Shown piece after piece: positions 44,601 to 53,225 of a stretch of 64,000 nt of DNA (its first letter is position 1; every line of letters begins with the position of its first letter). Both the position numbers and the translations under genes were made by a program. The DNA lies in assembly GCA_009781495.1 (NCBI GenBank), contig WQYA01000005.1:5810-69809 (forward strand), written 5' to 3'. The notes below the pieces were generated by a model. That model did not search any database. It was not told the origin of the DNA and worked only from the letters and a program-made list of their open reading frames with translations. Source of the DNA: Cystobacterineae bacterium. Its GTDB lineage: Bacteria; Myxococcota; Myxococcia; Myxococcales; Myxococcaceae.

Positions 44601-45263
44601 CTAAGGGTCCTCGCCAATGCGGGTATGGGCTTCTTTGTGGGCGTGTAGGGGCTCATCGGAGCTTTTGCGGTGTCGCCAAGGATCGTTGGGGTGTTGGGTA
44701 GGCTCTCCGGCCAACAGACGCTCCTTGGCATAGAGGAAAGCCTTACGCTCCAGCTCCGGCGAAGTATGCACGGAGGTGTCCATACGCAGGGCGTCTTTGG
44801 GGCAGGCCTCGACGCACAGGCCGCAGACAATGCAACGCAAGACGTCGACCATGAAGACGGTGGGGTATTTCTCAATGACGCGTGAGGCCGTATTTGTGTC
44901 GCTGGGGGCATATTCGCCCGCCTCAATATAAATGCATTGGGAGGGACAGGCGGTGGCGCACATATAGCAGGCCACGCAGCGCGGCTTGCCGTCTTCCCGC
45001 GGGACGAGGCGGTGTTTGCCGCGGTAGCCCGTAGGGTAGGGGACACGCTGCTCCGGGTATTCCACCGTGGCCATGAGGCTTTGGGTTTTGCGCTCCAAAA
45101 CCTCGGTGTTGTCGTCGCGCTCTGACCACAGGTTGCGCAGGAAGTGCCGCGTCGTAATGGCCATCCCTTTAATCAGCGCAGGGACATAGAGGCGCTCCCA
45201 AAAGTCATAGGCGCTTTTGGGGTTTTCAGAATGGCTCTCGGAATGGCTTTCAGAATGGCTCAT
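44601..45263 (-). CDS. nuoI: NADH-quinone oxidoreductase subunit I
   Basis: Two 4Fe-4S motifs, [12 protein letters not shown] and [12 protein letters not shown]. The N-terminus carries an unusual [13 protein letters not shown] repeat. Confidence 0.85.
   Translation of the reverse strand: MSHSESHSESHSENPKSAYDFWERLYVPALIKGMAITTRHFLRNLWSERDDNTEVLERKTQSLMATVEYPEQRVPYPTGYRGKHRLVPREDGKPRCVACYMCATACPSQCIYIEAGEYAPSDTNTASRVIEKYPTVFMVDVLRCIVCGLCVEACPKDALRMDTSVHTSPELERKAFLYAKERLLAGEPTQHPNDPWRHRKSSDEPLHAHKEAHTRIGEDP
45226..45261 (-). repeat. three 12-nt tandem units at the nuoI 5' end
   Basis: TCAGAATGGCTC / TCGGAATGGCTT / TCAGAATGGCTC on the + strand, encoding (HSES)3. Confidence 0.8.
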
Positions 45264-45299
45264 GGCGAAATGCTCTTGGGGCGAACAGGCATGAAAAAG

Positions 45300-46658
45300 T
45301 TAGTGGTGGCTCGGAAGCGCTTCGTTTTGTCCGATGGGTTTATGGAGGGAGGATTTGGGGGAGCTGGAAATAAGGATAAGGATAAGGAGGATTTCAAGGA
45401 TACCCAAAAGGCCTAAGCTACGCATAGAGGTATCCATTAACAAAAGGGCCCCTGTGACAAAAATATTGAGGATGCCCAGCGGAATCAGAATTTTCCACCC
45501 CAGTTTTTGGATTTGGTCATATCTAAAACGCACATATGTCCAGCGTATGTTCATTTGGATATAGATAAGAACCAGCACCTTAAGCCAGAAAACCATACCC
45601 ATGGTAGCCCCATAAACCCAGGGGTAATCCTTGAAGAAGGCAAGGTTTGCAAACCACTGTCCGCCGAAGGGCAAGTGATAGCCGCCCAAGAAGAGGGTGG
45701 TGAGGATAGCCGAGAAGACAATCATCTCCACAAACTCTGCCACCATGAACATGCCAAAGCGCATGCCTGAATATTCGACGAAATAGCCGATGATTTCAGA
45801 CTCACATTCCGTCATGTCAAAAGGCGTTCTTCTGGTTTCGGCAAAAGCGGCTGCGAAGAAAAGCAAGAAGCCGACGGGTTGAATGAGAATGCCCCAAGCA
45901 GGAATGCCCACGTCAAAGCCGTCCAGTTGTATGCCCCACAAATATTGGGCCTGTTGTTCCATCATACCGCTGTCGCCGGCCAACTGAATGGAGGCGAAAG
46001 CCATCATCAACCCTACCAGAGAGAGCCCTAGGGCAATTTCATAGCTGATCATTTGGGCGCAGGCGCGGATGCCGCCCAACAGGGAGAATTTGTTGTTGGA
46101 CGCCCACCCGGCCAATACGGTGCCGAAGACGGCCAGGGAGGCCAAAGCGAAGAGATAGAGGAGGCCGAAGCTGGGGTTAGCGACGACCATAGCGACTTCA
46201 TGTCCGAAGACAGGGAGGGTAGGGCCGGCGGGGACGATGGCAAAGAGAGCAAAGATAGGGGCAAAGCTAAGAATAGGGGCAAGGGCATAGAAGAAGCGGT
46301 TAGCCGCCTTAGGGGTAAAACTCTCCTTCGTAAGCATTTTAACAACGTCGGCGATAATATGGGGGATGCCGGCCAGGCTGCGGCTGCTCAATCCCGGCAG
46401 GTGGATGCGTGCGCGGTTGGGGCCGACGCGGTTTTGCATCAAAGCGCTCCATTTGCGCTCGGCCAGGGTGAGCAAGGTAGCTATCACCATGACGAAAACC
46501 AACATGAGTATGACGAGGTTGCTCAGCGCGCTGGCCCCTGTATACCAGACGGATTCCAAATAGCCGCCCAAGGCATAGGCCGCGGCCATGCCTCCGAAGA
46601 GGCTTGCGAAAATGGTGAGGAATGCCACGGTAATGGTAAGTCTTCTCATGGTGAACAT
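45300..46658 (-). CDS. nuoH: NADH-quinone oxidoreductase subunit H
   Basis: LAERKWSALMQNRVGPNR motif. Polytopic membrane protein of 452 aa. Confidence 0.9.
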   Translation of the reverse strand: MFTMRRLTITVAFLTIFASLFGGMAAAYALGGYLESVWYTGASALSNLVILMLVFVMVIATLLTLAERKWSALMQNRVGPNRARIHLPGLSSRSLAGIPHIIADVVKMLTKESFTPKAANRFFYALAPILSFAPIFALFAIVPAGPTLPVFGHEVAMVVANPSFGLLYLFALASLAVFGTVLAGWASNNKFSLLGGIRACAQMISYEIALGLSLVGLMMAFASIQLAGDSGMMEQQAQYLWGIQLDGFDVGIPAWGILIQPVGFLLFFAAAFAETRRTPFDMTECESEIIGYFVEYSGMRFGMFMVAEFVEMIVFSAILTTLFLGGYHLPFGGQWFANLAFFKDYPWVYGATMGMVFWLKVLVLIYIQMNIRWTYVRFRYDQIQKLGWKILIPLGILNIFVTGALLLMDTSMRSLGLLGILEILLILILISSSPKSSLHKPIGQNEALPSHH

Positions 46659-48352
46659 CCTTTTGCGCTTGGGCAGGCAAACTGTCGATAGGCCGGGGGG
46701 CGGCCGTCAGAGGCGGCGGGGAGGGGGAGCCCGGGGCGGCTTTGTTTGGAGGGGGCCTGGCCTTCCCAGTCAAAATTTGCGAATTCAGGGATTCTGGGGG
46801 CGATGGTGGAGAAGACGTCTTTGGCTGAGCTCCAATCCATTCTGGCGCCCAACAAGTTGGCCAAGCGCATCACCCATTGCCAATGGGGGGCGCTGTCCCC
46901 TTTGGGAGGGAAGGCCTGACGGCAACGCTGGAGGAGGCCTTCGTGTTGCGTCATGCTGCATTCGGTTTCGAGGTGTGAGGCGACGGGCAGGAGGACTTGG
47001 CATTCATGGGCCCATTCGCTGGCGTGTTGGGCCTGGACAACCGTGGGGACGGTTTTCAGCCGCGCCGCCATGACAATATCGCTTTCGGGCATTTCTCCGC
47101 CGAGCACCCAGACGGCCTGGAAGGCGGAGGGGGTGAAGGTTTCAAAGGGTTTTAATTCTATACCCAGGGCTAGGGCGATATATTCTAAACCCTTACGGTT
47201 AGGGTTTTTATCCGCCATCATCAGCAGTTTATCCGCTGCTCCGTCGGGCCTTCCTGAGACAAAAACCATATTGACTTTGAGGACGTCGCGGGCGAAGGCC
47301 AGTGCCGCCATCAAGTCTTCATTGGAGGCCGCAGGCGAAGCAAGGACGCCGATGCTTCCCTGGGCTTTTTGCAGGAGGCTGGCGGCTCGGTTGAGGGCTT
47401 CGTCGACGGAGACGGGTTTGCCATGGGACAGGGTATGGAGGGCGCGGTTTTCACCGGCCCAGCGGTAGCTTTTTCGGCCCACGTCACACATCCACGACTG
47501 GTTGACGGCCGCATTTTCCCTGGGGCGGAAGCGGAAGCAATCCTGGTTCATATAATCGGCGAAGACATTGCAGCCGCGGGAGCAAGCGGTGCAGACGCTG
47601 GGGGCGGCGGAGAGGAACCAGGCGCGCGCTTTGAAGCGGAAGTCGCGGTTGAGCAGGGCGCCCACGGGGCAAAGCTCGACGAGGTTGCCGGAATAGTTGG
47701 AGTCGAGTTTGGCGCCCGGGAAGACGTCGACGCGCTCGTGGGAGCCGCGTCCAAAAATGCCCAATTGCGGCTCCTTGGCCACCTCCTTCATGAAGCGTAC
47801 GCAGCGTGTACAGAGGATGCAGCGCTCCTGATCCATAAGGACGGTGGGGCCGAGCACCTTACGTTTATTTTTTTGGACTTTAGGCCCCCAGAGGCGGGAG
47901 GGTTTAAAGTCATAACGTACATAATAGTCCTGTAATTTACACTCGCCGGCCTGATCGCAAATGGGGCAGTCCACGGGGTGGTTGAGGAGGAGGAATTCCA
48001 GGACGGCGCGTTGTTGGGCCTTCACTTTGGGCGTATCGGTTTTAACGACTTGGCCTTCCGCGACGGTTGCCTGGCAAGCGGGCACCAGTTTGGGGGCATT
48101 GGAGGCCTCCACCATGCACATACGGCAGTTAGCGGAGAGGGAGAGCCTGGGGTGATAGCAATAGTGGGGGATTTTAACGCCTACTTGGTGAGCGGCGACA
48201 ATGAGGCTGGTGCCGGGTTTCACCACCACCTCTTTATCGTCCACGCTTAGGGTAACCATACCGGGGTTTTTAGGCGGGGGAGGGGTTTTAGGGGGAGCAG
48301 GTGGGGGTACCGGAGTGGGCGGGGAGGGTGTTTTAGGGGAGGAGTCGTTCAT
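46646..48352 (-). CDS. nuoG: NADH-quinone oxidoreductase subunit G (short form) with Pro-rich N-terminal extension
   Basis: 2Fe-2S CYHPRLSLSANCRMCMVE, 4Fe-4S NHPVDCPICDQAGECKLQDY, and RCILCTRCVRF. Its ATG overlaps the nuoD stop (ATGA). Confidence 0.85.
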   Translation of the reverse strand: MNDSSPKTPSPPTPVPPPAPPKTPPPPKNPGMVTLSVDDKEVVVKPGTSLIVAAHQVGVKIPHYCYHPRLSLSANCRMCMVEASNAPKLVPACQATVAEGQVVKTDTPKVKAQQRAVLEFLLLNHPVDCPICDQAGECKLQDYYVRYDFKPSRLWGPKVQKNKRKVLGPTVLMDQERCILCTRCVRFMKEVAKEPQLGIFGRGSHERVDVFPGAKLDSNYSGNLVELCPVGALLNRDFRFKARAWFLSAAPSVCTACSRGCNVFADYMNQDCFRFRPRENAAVNQSWMCDVGRKSYRWAGENRALHTLSHGKPVSVDEALNRAASLLQKAQGSIGVLASPAASNEDLMAALAFARDVLKVNMVFVSGRPDGAADKLLMMADKNPNRKGLEYIALALGIELKPFETFTPSAFQAVWVLGGEMPESDIVMAARLKTVPTVVQAQHASEWAHECQVLLPVASHLETECSMTQHEGLLQRCRQAFPPKGDSAPHWQWVMRLANLLGARMDWSSAKDVFSTIAPRIPEFANFDWEGQAPSKQSRPGLPLPAASDGRPPAYRQFACPSAKGCSP

Positions 48353-49581
48353 TGTTCCACCTCACCACCAACCATGTTGATGGTATCAAAAGTAGGGATA
48401 AGGTCCGACAGGAGTTTGCCCTTCACCATTTTGGACAAAGCCGAGAGGAGTTGGAAGCCGGGCGCGCGTATATGGACTTTATAAGGCCGACCGCTGCCGT
48501 CCGAGCGCAGATACCAACCCAACTCGCCGTTGGCGGACTCTGTGGAATGATAAACTTCTCCTGCGGGGACTTGCACGCCCTCCATAATGAGTTTGAAGTG
48601 GGCCATGGTGCCCTCAATGGTATTGAGGACGGCCTCTTGGGGGGGGAGGGCGAAGCGCCAGTCATCGATGAGGACGGGGCCGTCGGGGAGTTTTTCGAGG
48701 GCTTGGCGGATGAGGCGAAGGGACTGATGGATTTCCACCATACGCACGCGGTAGCGGTCGAAGTTGTCACAGGCGTGGAAGACGGGCACGTCGAAGTCCA
48801 GGTGGGGATAGGCCCAATAGGGGTGTGCCTTGCGGATGTCCAAAGCCATGCCTGAGGCGCGCAAGCAGGGGCCGGTGAAGCCGAAGTCCAGAGCGTCTTC
48901 GAGGCTCAAATAGCCGGTGCCCACCATGCGATCCATAAATATACGGTTACGTGTGAGCAGGCCGTCGACTTCATTGGCGACGAGGTGGATGCGCTCCAGG
49001 GTTTGAAGGACTTTGTCTTTCCAGCCTTCGGGAAGGTCCCTGTTAAGGCCGCCGATGCGTCCATAGGAGGTGGTGAGGCGCGCGCCGGTGAGCTCCGTAA
49101 CGCGCTCCATAATCAACTCACGCGCTTCAACGGCATAGAGGAAGACGGCGAAGCCGCCAATCTCCATGGAGGTGGCGGCGGTGGCCGTGAGGTGATCATG
49201 AATGCGGTGCAACTCTGCGCCGATGACGCGGATATATTTGGCGCGCTCGGGGATGTCGAGCCCCAGCAATTTTTCGACAGCGGAGAGGAAGCCGAAGTTG
49301 TTCATCATCGGCGAGACATAGTTGAGCCTGTCCGTATAAGGCAGGCATTGAGCCCAAGTGACATTCTCGCAGGACTTTTGGAAGCCTCGGTGGAGGAAGC
49401 CGATTTCGACGTCACAGTCTTGAATGTTTTCCCCGTGCAGGGCGACGCGCAGGCGTACGGTGCCGTGGGTAGCGGGGTGGGAGGGCCCCATATTGACGAT
49501 GAGGGGCTCAATATTCAGGTGGGAGTCGAGGGGATCTTCGTTGGGGGGTGTGGGCTCAAAGCCGAGGGGGGCCATAACCAT
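48349..49581 (-). CDS. nuoD: NADH-quinone oxidoreductase subunit D
   Basis: 410 aa with NMGPSHPATHG, RLNYVSPMMNN and the C-terminal TFDTINMVGGEVEQ-type ending. Confidence 0.9.
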   Translation of the reverse strand: MVMAPLGFEPTPPNEDPLDSHLNIEPLIVNMGPSHPATHGTVRLRVALHGENIQDCDVEIGFLHRGFQKSCENVTWAQCLPYTDRLNYVSPMMNNFGFLSAVEKLLGLDIPERAKYIRVIGAELHRIHDHLTATAATSMEIGGFAVFLYAVEARELIMERVTELTGARLTTSYGRIGGLNRDLPEGWKDKVLQTLERIHLVANEVDGLLTRNRIFMDRMVGTGYLSLEDALDFGFTGPCLRASGMALDIRKAHPYWAYPHLDFDVPVFHACDNFDRYRVRMVEIHQSLRLIRQALEKLPDGPVLIDDWRFALPPQEAVLNTIEGTMAHFKLIMEGVQVPAGEVYHSTESANGELGWYLRSDGSGRPYKVHIRAPGFQLLSALSKMVKGKLLSDLIPTFDTINMVGGEVEQ

Positions 49582-49605
49582 ATCCTTAGGGGTAGGGAGG
49601 GGGGG

Positions 49606-50136
49606 CTAGACGGGGCAGTTATTGCCTGGGCCTTTAGAGGGGTTTTCTAGAACAGGGTTTTCAGGAATGAGGGGTTGTCGTCCGCGCAGCGGGTAGTCCT
49701 TACGCAGGGGGTGTCCCTCAAAAGCCTCATAGAGGAACATCCTTCGCAAGTCCGGGTGTCCCTCGAAGCGAATGCCATAGAAGTCCCAGACGCTGCGTTC
49801 AGCCCAGAGGGCGCCCTGGAAAACGCTGTGGGCGCTGGGCAGGGTGGGTGTTTGCTCCTCGACGAGGACTTTGAGGCGCAGGTGGGCCTTTTCCGCGGGG
49901 GAATAGAGGAAATAGAGGACTTCGAAGCGGGGTTTATGGATGGGCAGTTGGAGTCTATCCACAGCATCCATAGAAATGAAGAGGCGAAAGCCCAGCGTTT
50001 CTTTGGCATAGCGCAGGAGGGGGAGGAGGAATTCCTGATTAACAATGCCCCAATGCGCGCCGGTAATATCCTCATAGCGTTCGACAAGGGCTTGAGGCAG
50101 GGTATGTTGCACGCTATCCAATGCTTTTTGGCTCAT
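49606..50136 (-). CDS. nuoC: NADH-quinone oxidoreductase subunit C
   Basis: 176 aa with the 30-kDa subunit motifs FEVLYFLYS, AERSVWDFYGIRFEGHPDLRR and PLRKDYPL. Confidence 0.85.
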   Translation of the reverse strand: MSQKALDSVQHTLPQALVERYEDITGAHWGIVNQEFLLPLLRYAKETLGFRLFISMDAVDRLQLPIHKPRFEVLYFLYSPAEKAHLRLKVLVEEQTPTLPSAHSVFQGALWAERSVWDFYGIRFEGHPDLRRMFLYEAFEGHPLRKDYPLRGRQPLIPENPVLENPSKGPGNNCPV

Positions 50137-50312
50137 TTTCCCTCTGGCAAGAAATGTAGCAGACGGGTGGCGTTATAGGGAGAAAAGCGCGCAAAGGTCA
50201 ATGACAGAAGTGACATTTTCCGCTGTATTTGAATTTTTCAAAACACTTTTTTTAGAAGGGGGAGGGGAGGCCTCAACTTCCCCCTTTTTTGGGGGGTTTC
50301 GCATGGTTTTTT

Positions 50313-50633
50313 CTACTTGAACAGGCGTTCGTGCATCCATCCATCGTTTGTGAGGACAAGGGCAGCCTTGTCTTGAATATCGTCTTGTGCACGTTTCGCA
50401 AAATCCTTGTATGCAACGCCCAGGCTTTCCGTTTTCACCCAGTCAGCGGCACCTGTCAGTTTGTAGCGGAAATTGACCTGCGACAACTTCATTCCCATCG
50501 CGTCGGCCGGTTCAGTGAAGTTTTCCACCTCAAGAAGAACGTACTTACCCGTGCAGAAGGCGTTCCACTGAGCTTTGGCAACAAGGTATTCCTTACCCGC
50601 ATCGGTCAGATGATATTCACTGGCCGGTTTCAT
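50313..50633 (-). CDS. hypothetical protein
   Basis: 106-aa ORF bounded by an upstream in-frame stop. No signal peptide or recognisable motif. Confidence 0.35.
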   Translation of the reverse strand: MKPASEYHLTDAGKEYLVAKAQWNAFCTGKYVLLEVENFTEPADAMGMKLSQVNFRYKLTGAADWVKTESLGVAYKDFAKRAQDDIQDKAALVLTNDGWMHERLFK

Positions 50634-50700
50634 TTCTTCAACGACTTTGGGTTATGGGCTTTCAAAGACACGCATTGACACAAGCGAAGAAGGGAGGGAG

Positions 50701-50771
50701 TTGGGGAACTAGGATTCGAACCTAGATGGCCAGAGTCAGAGTCTGGAGTCCTACCGTTAGACGATTCCCCA
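50701..50771 (-). tRNA. tRNA-Gln (anticodon CUG)
   Basis: Hand-folded cloverleaf: acceptor UGGGGAA/UUCCCCA, D-stem GUCU/GGAC, anticodon stem CCAGA/UCUGG with loop CUCUGAC, T-arm CUAGG-UUCGAAU-CCUAG. CCA is not encoded. Confidence 0.85.
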
Positions 50772-50832
50772 GTAGGCGGTTGCTATTTGGCTTTGTGTAG
50801 GGGTGTTGTCAATGGGCTTGTGGAGGGGCCAT

Positions 50833-51222
50833 CTATTTTTTAGGAGGGGTAGGGTTTTTTTTAGCCGGGGGGGGGTTGGGTTGGGGTTTTTCAGCGGGGA
50901 CGACGAAAATGCGTATTTCGCCCTGGGTTTCATAAATATTCATACCGGCCCAGCTGCCTTTTTTAGGGTTAGGGTTTTGTATATGGAAGGCGCGTACATT
51001 GGGTTGGTTAACAATGCGGATACGCGGATAGGCCGCAGGCGGGTAGGTGGTGGAATAGAATTTAAGGACGGCCTCCATAGTCGTAGAGGTACGGAAGCGG
51101 CCCTTGCCCACCTGGGCAGCGAATTCTGGGAGTTTGGCCCCCAGCTCCTGTTTTTGAGCGAGACTTGGCAAGGCCCACAGGGCGGTAGTCACCCAGAGAA
51201 GAGAGAGGATACGCCGACACAT
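50833..51222 (-). CDS. small secreted protein, function unknown
   Basis: Signal peptide MCRRILSLLWVTTALWALPSLAQ and a Pro/Lys-rich C-terminus. Confidence 0.45.
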   Translation of the reverse strand: MCRRILSLLWVTTALWALPSLAQKQELGAKLPEFAAQVGKGRFRTSTTMEAVLKFYSTTYPPAAYPRIRIVNQPNVRAFHIQNPNPKKGSWAGMNIYETQGEIRIFVVPAEKPQPNPPPAKKNPTPPKK

Positions 51223-51397
51223 AGCCCCTCTTTAAAGCGAAGCCCCCCCCGCGTCTAGCCTCTTTTTGCAAGGGTCCGGGTTTGCGGGAGCCAACCTATG
51301 GGGTGTTGGGCAGGGTATGGCATTTTTATAGAAGGTTTCTAGTGGAGTAGAAAATAGGGTAGATTAAAACTTCGCCCAAATATCAGCCCGGGCTAAG

Positions 51398-52383
51398 TCA
51401 ACGCGCGACGACTGTTCGTCGGCGAAGCCGGGCAAACAGCGCCAGTGACAACACAAAACCAAGCCCGGAAAACGATCTGTTTCCACTGGCCGAGCAACCA
51501 CAGCCCGAGCTTTCTCCCGTTGGCTTGTCAGGCTGGCCGGCTTCCGTGTTGTTTCCCGTTGTTTCGGCGTTGCTGCCATCCGTGTCGTCACCACCACCTG
51601 AGCCACCGCCACCGCCGTCGTTAGGGGTGCTTGTCACCTGCACGACAAGCTTCCACTTCCAGTTTTCCAACTCGCCCTCAACAACCGTGAAGCGATAACC
51701 CGTTGTCAGGCTGGTGACGGAGGTTGGGATTGCGCTGCCCCACAGCACGTCTATATCCATGAGAACAATCCGGTCGCCGACCGCGAGCGTTGAACCGGCC
51801 GCAACTGCAACGCTGACCGTGGGCGCGGGGAGGTCGATGAATACCGCATTGGCGACGGTGAGCATGCTTCCACCATGCGTCAGAGTTGCGGGAACGTAGA
51901 AATGCAGGTTTTGGAAAGAGTGCAGCCCGCCGATGCTCACGCCGCTTTGGCGGAGGATGAGGGTGTTGTTGGCAGTGGTGCCACCCGTATGCCTAAAGCC
52001 ACCGTATAAGCTAACATTTTGACCAACTCGCCGATTTCCACGGTATTATCCGAGGCGATATCGGCGGATCCGCCGTCAATGGAGAGATGCTCCACCGTGC
52101 CGCCGATAACAGACACCGTGTTGCCCGAGGCGATAGAGTGGCCTTTGGCGCAGGAGGCGTTTCCGCCGATGATGCGGTGGCCATCGTTGCCTGGAGCCCC
52201 TCCCACACTGCCGTCGGTGATATTTACCCTGTTATTCGAGGCATTGGCGGTGCCGTTGCCATACGCACATACCTGCGCAAACGCCTCGAAGTTTGGCGCG
52301 AGAAACAGTACAACCGCCAAGGCCGCCCCCAAGACATGAGAGCAGCATGGTTGCATAACAAACCTCATAGGGTGCGTTTTCAT
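51398..52383 (-). pseudogene. MYXO-CTERM-type surface protein (beta-helix-like repeats) interrupted by a 1-nt frameshift
   Basis: The upstream ORF (51937-52383) carries a signal peptide and NxV.I.GG repeats. The downstream ORF (51398-51940) continues the repeats and ends GCGCSASGNRSFSGLGFVLSLALFARLRRR. The downstream frame stays open back to about 52044 and reads repeat-like sequence there. One extra A in the A4 run (T4 at 52017-52020 on the + strand) would fuse the two ORFs. Confidence 0.55.
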
Positions 52384-52690
52384 TTAAGGGACTTCATTAT
52401 ATATTTCTAAATTTCTAAATTACCTACTTACAAAGATGTACGAGCTTAACAAATGTGACACGCATAGGCATCCAGAGCAGGCAATTGCCGGCAGGCACAA
52501 CGCGAGCTCAATCCCCGAAGGAAGATGGGCGCAGGCGCTGCAAGAAATGCAACGTCCTCAATAAAGCCCATAGAAACAAGTTGTCGGGGCCATGGAAGAG
52601 GGGCTCCGGCCTGTTGGTTTTTGGGGAAATGTCGTCCTCTGCATGGGCTAGGACGGATAGAGTGCAGGGTTTTCCCCCCAAAGCTAAGCC

Positions 52691-52723
52691 CCACAAAGTG
52701 CTTGAAGCTTTGCGGCGTTTTTT
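52691..52723 (+). terminator. intrinsic-terminator-like hairpin plus T6 (plus-strand orientation)
   Basis: CCACAAAG / CTTTGCGG stem (7 bp plus one A-C mismatch) with a 9-nt loop, followed by CG TTTTTT. On the minus strand the same stem forms with a G-U pair but has only a weak U tract after it. Confidence 0.4.
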
Positions 52724-52738
52724 CAAGTGTAGAGGAAG

Positions 52739-52811
<73 letters not shown>

Positions 52812-52927
52812 AAAACCGACGACAGGAGACAAGCCGGGTTTTAGAGGGGGTTTAGCCCTCGCGGCTGCCAGGTCGCCTAACATATTTCCACAATTGGTCA
52901 AGAGCTGATATGTGGGAAGTGCCTCCC

Positions 52928-53128
52928 ATGAGTCCCCCAAGGTTTTTTTGTGTACAGTGTGGACAAGCGATGGTTTCGCCGTCGGCGGAGCATCCTTTTT
53001 GCAGCCCCCGTTGCAAGGCCATCGACTTATACCGCTGGTTGGATGAAGGCTACCGCATAGAAGAGACGGACTTTGAAAGTGTGCCTGAAGGAGAGGGGAT
53101 TTCGGAGGCAGGTGAGAGGAAGGGCTGA
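52928..53128 (+). CDS. yacG: DNA gyrase inhibitor YacG-like zinc-finger protein
   Basis: CVQCGQ...PFCSPRCKAIDLYRWLDEGYRI matches the YacG pattern C.xC...PFCS.RC..IDL..W. The track start at 52910 is an alternative. Confidence 0.7.
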   Translation: MSPPRFFCVQCGQAMVSPSAEHPFCSPRCKAIDLYRWLDEGYRIEETDFESVPEGEGISEAGERKG

Positions 53129-53225
53129 TTTTTGTGGCAGGGTTTGTTTTCCTGTCCTAACTAACTGAAGCGGTTTTTGCCGCCTAAATTTTTTCTTCTA
53201 GCCAAACAGAGGACGTGTTTTGCCC

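Noticed and set aside
50257-50290. Hairpin AGGGGGA...TCCCCCT followed by T5 between the 106-aa ORF and nuoC, considered as a terminator.
   Set aside because: The T-run is on the plus strand, where there is no upstream plus-strand gene. On the minus strand, where it would separate the hypothetical gene from nuoC, it is followed by A's. Its function is ambiguous, so it is not called.
51937-52044. Programmed -1 ribosomal frameshift joining the two MYXO-CTERM ORFs.
   Set aside because: There is no X-XXY-YYZ slippery heptamer (the site is GUC-AAA-AUG) and no obvious downstream stimulatory structure. An indel or sequencing error is more parsimonious.
52384-52738. Identity of the non-coding region as RNase P RNA, tmRNA, SRP (4.5S) RNA or 6S RNA.
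   Set aside because: None of the expected signatures is present. There is no GGAAAGUCCGG (RNase P). There is no tRNA-like GGUUCGA...CCA 3' end or tag ORF (tmRNA). The CCCCGAAGGAAG segment does not continue into the conserved SRP GGAAGCAGCC helix-8 motif. A 6S-like closed end plus central bubble could not be drawn convincingly.
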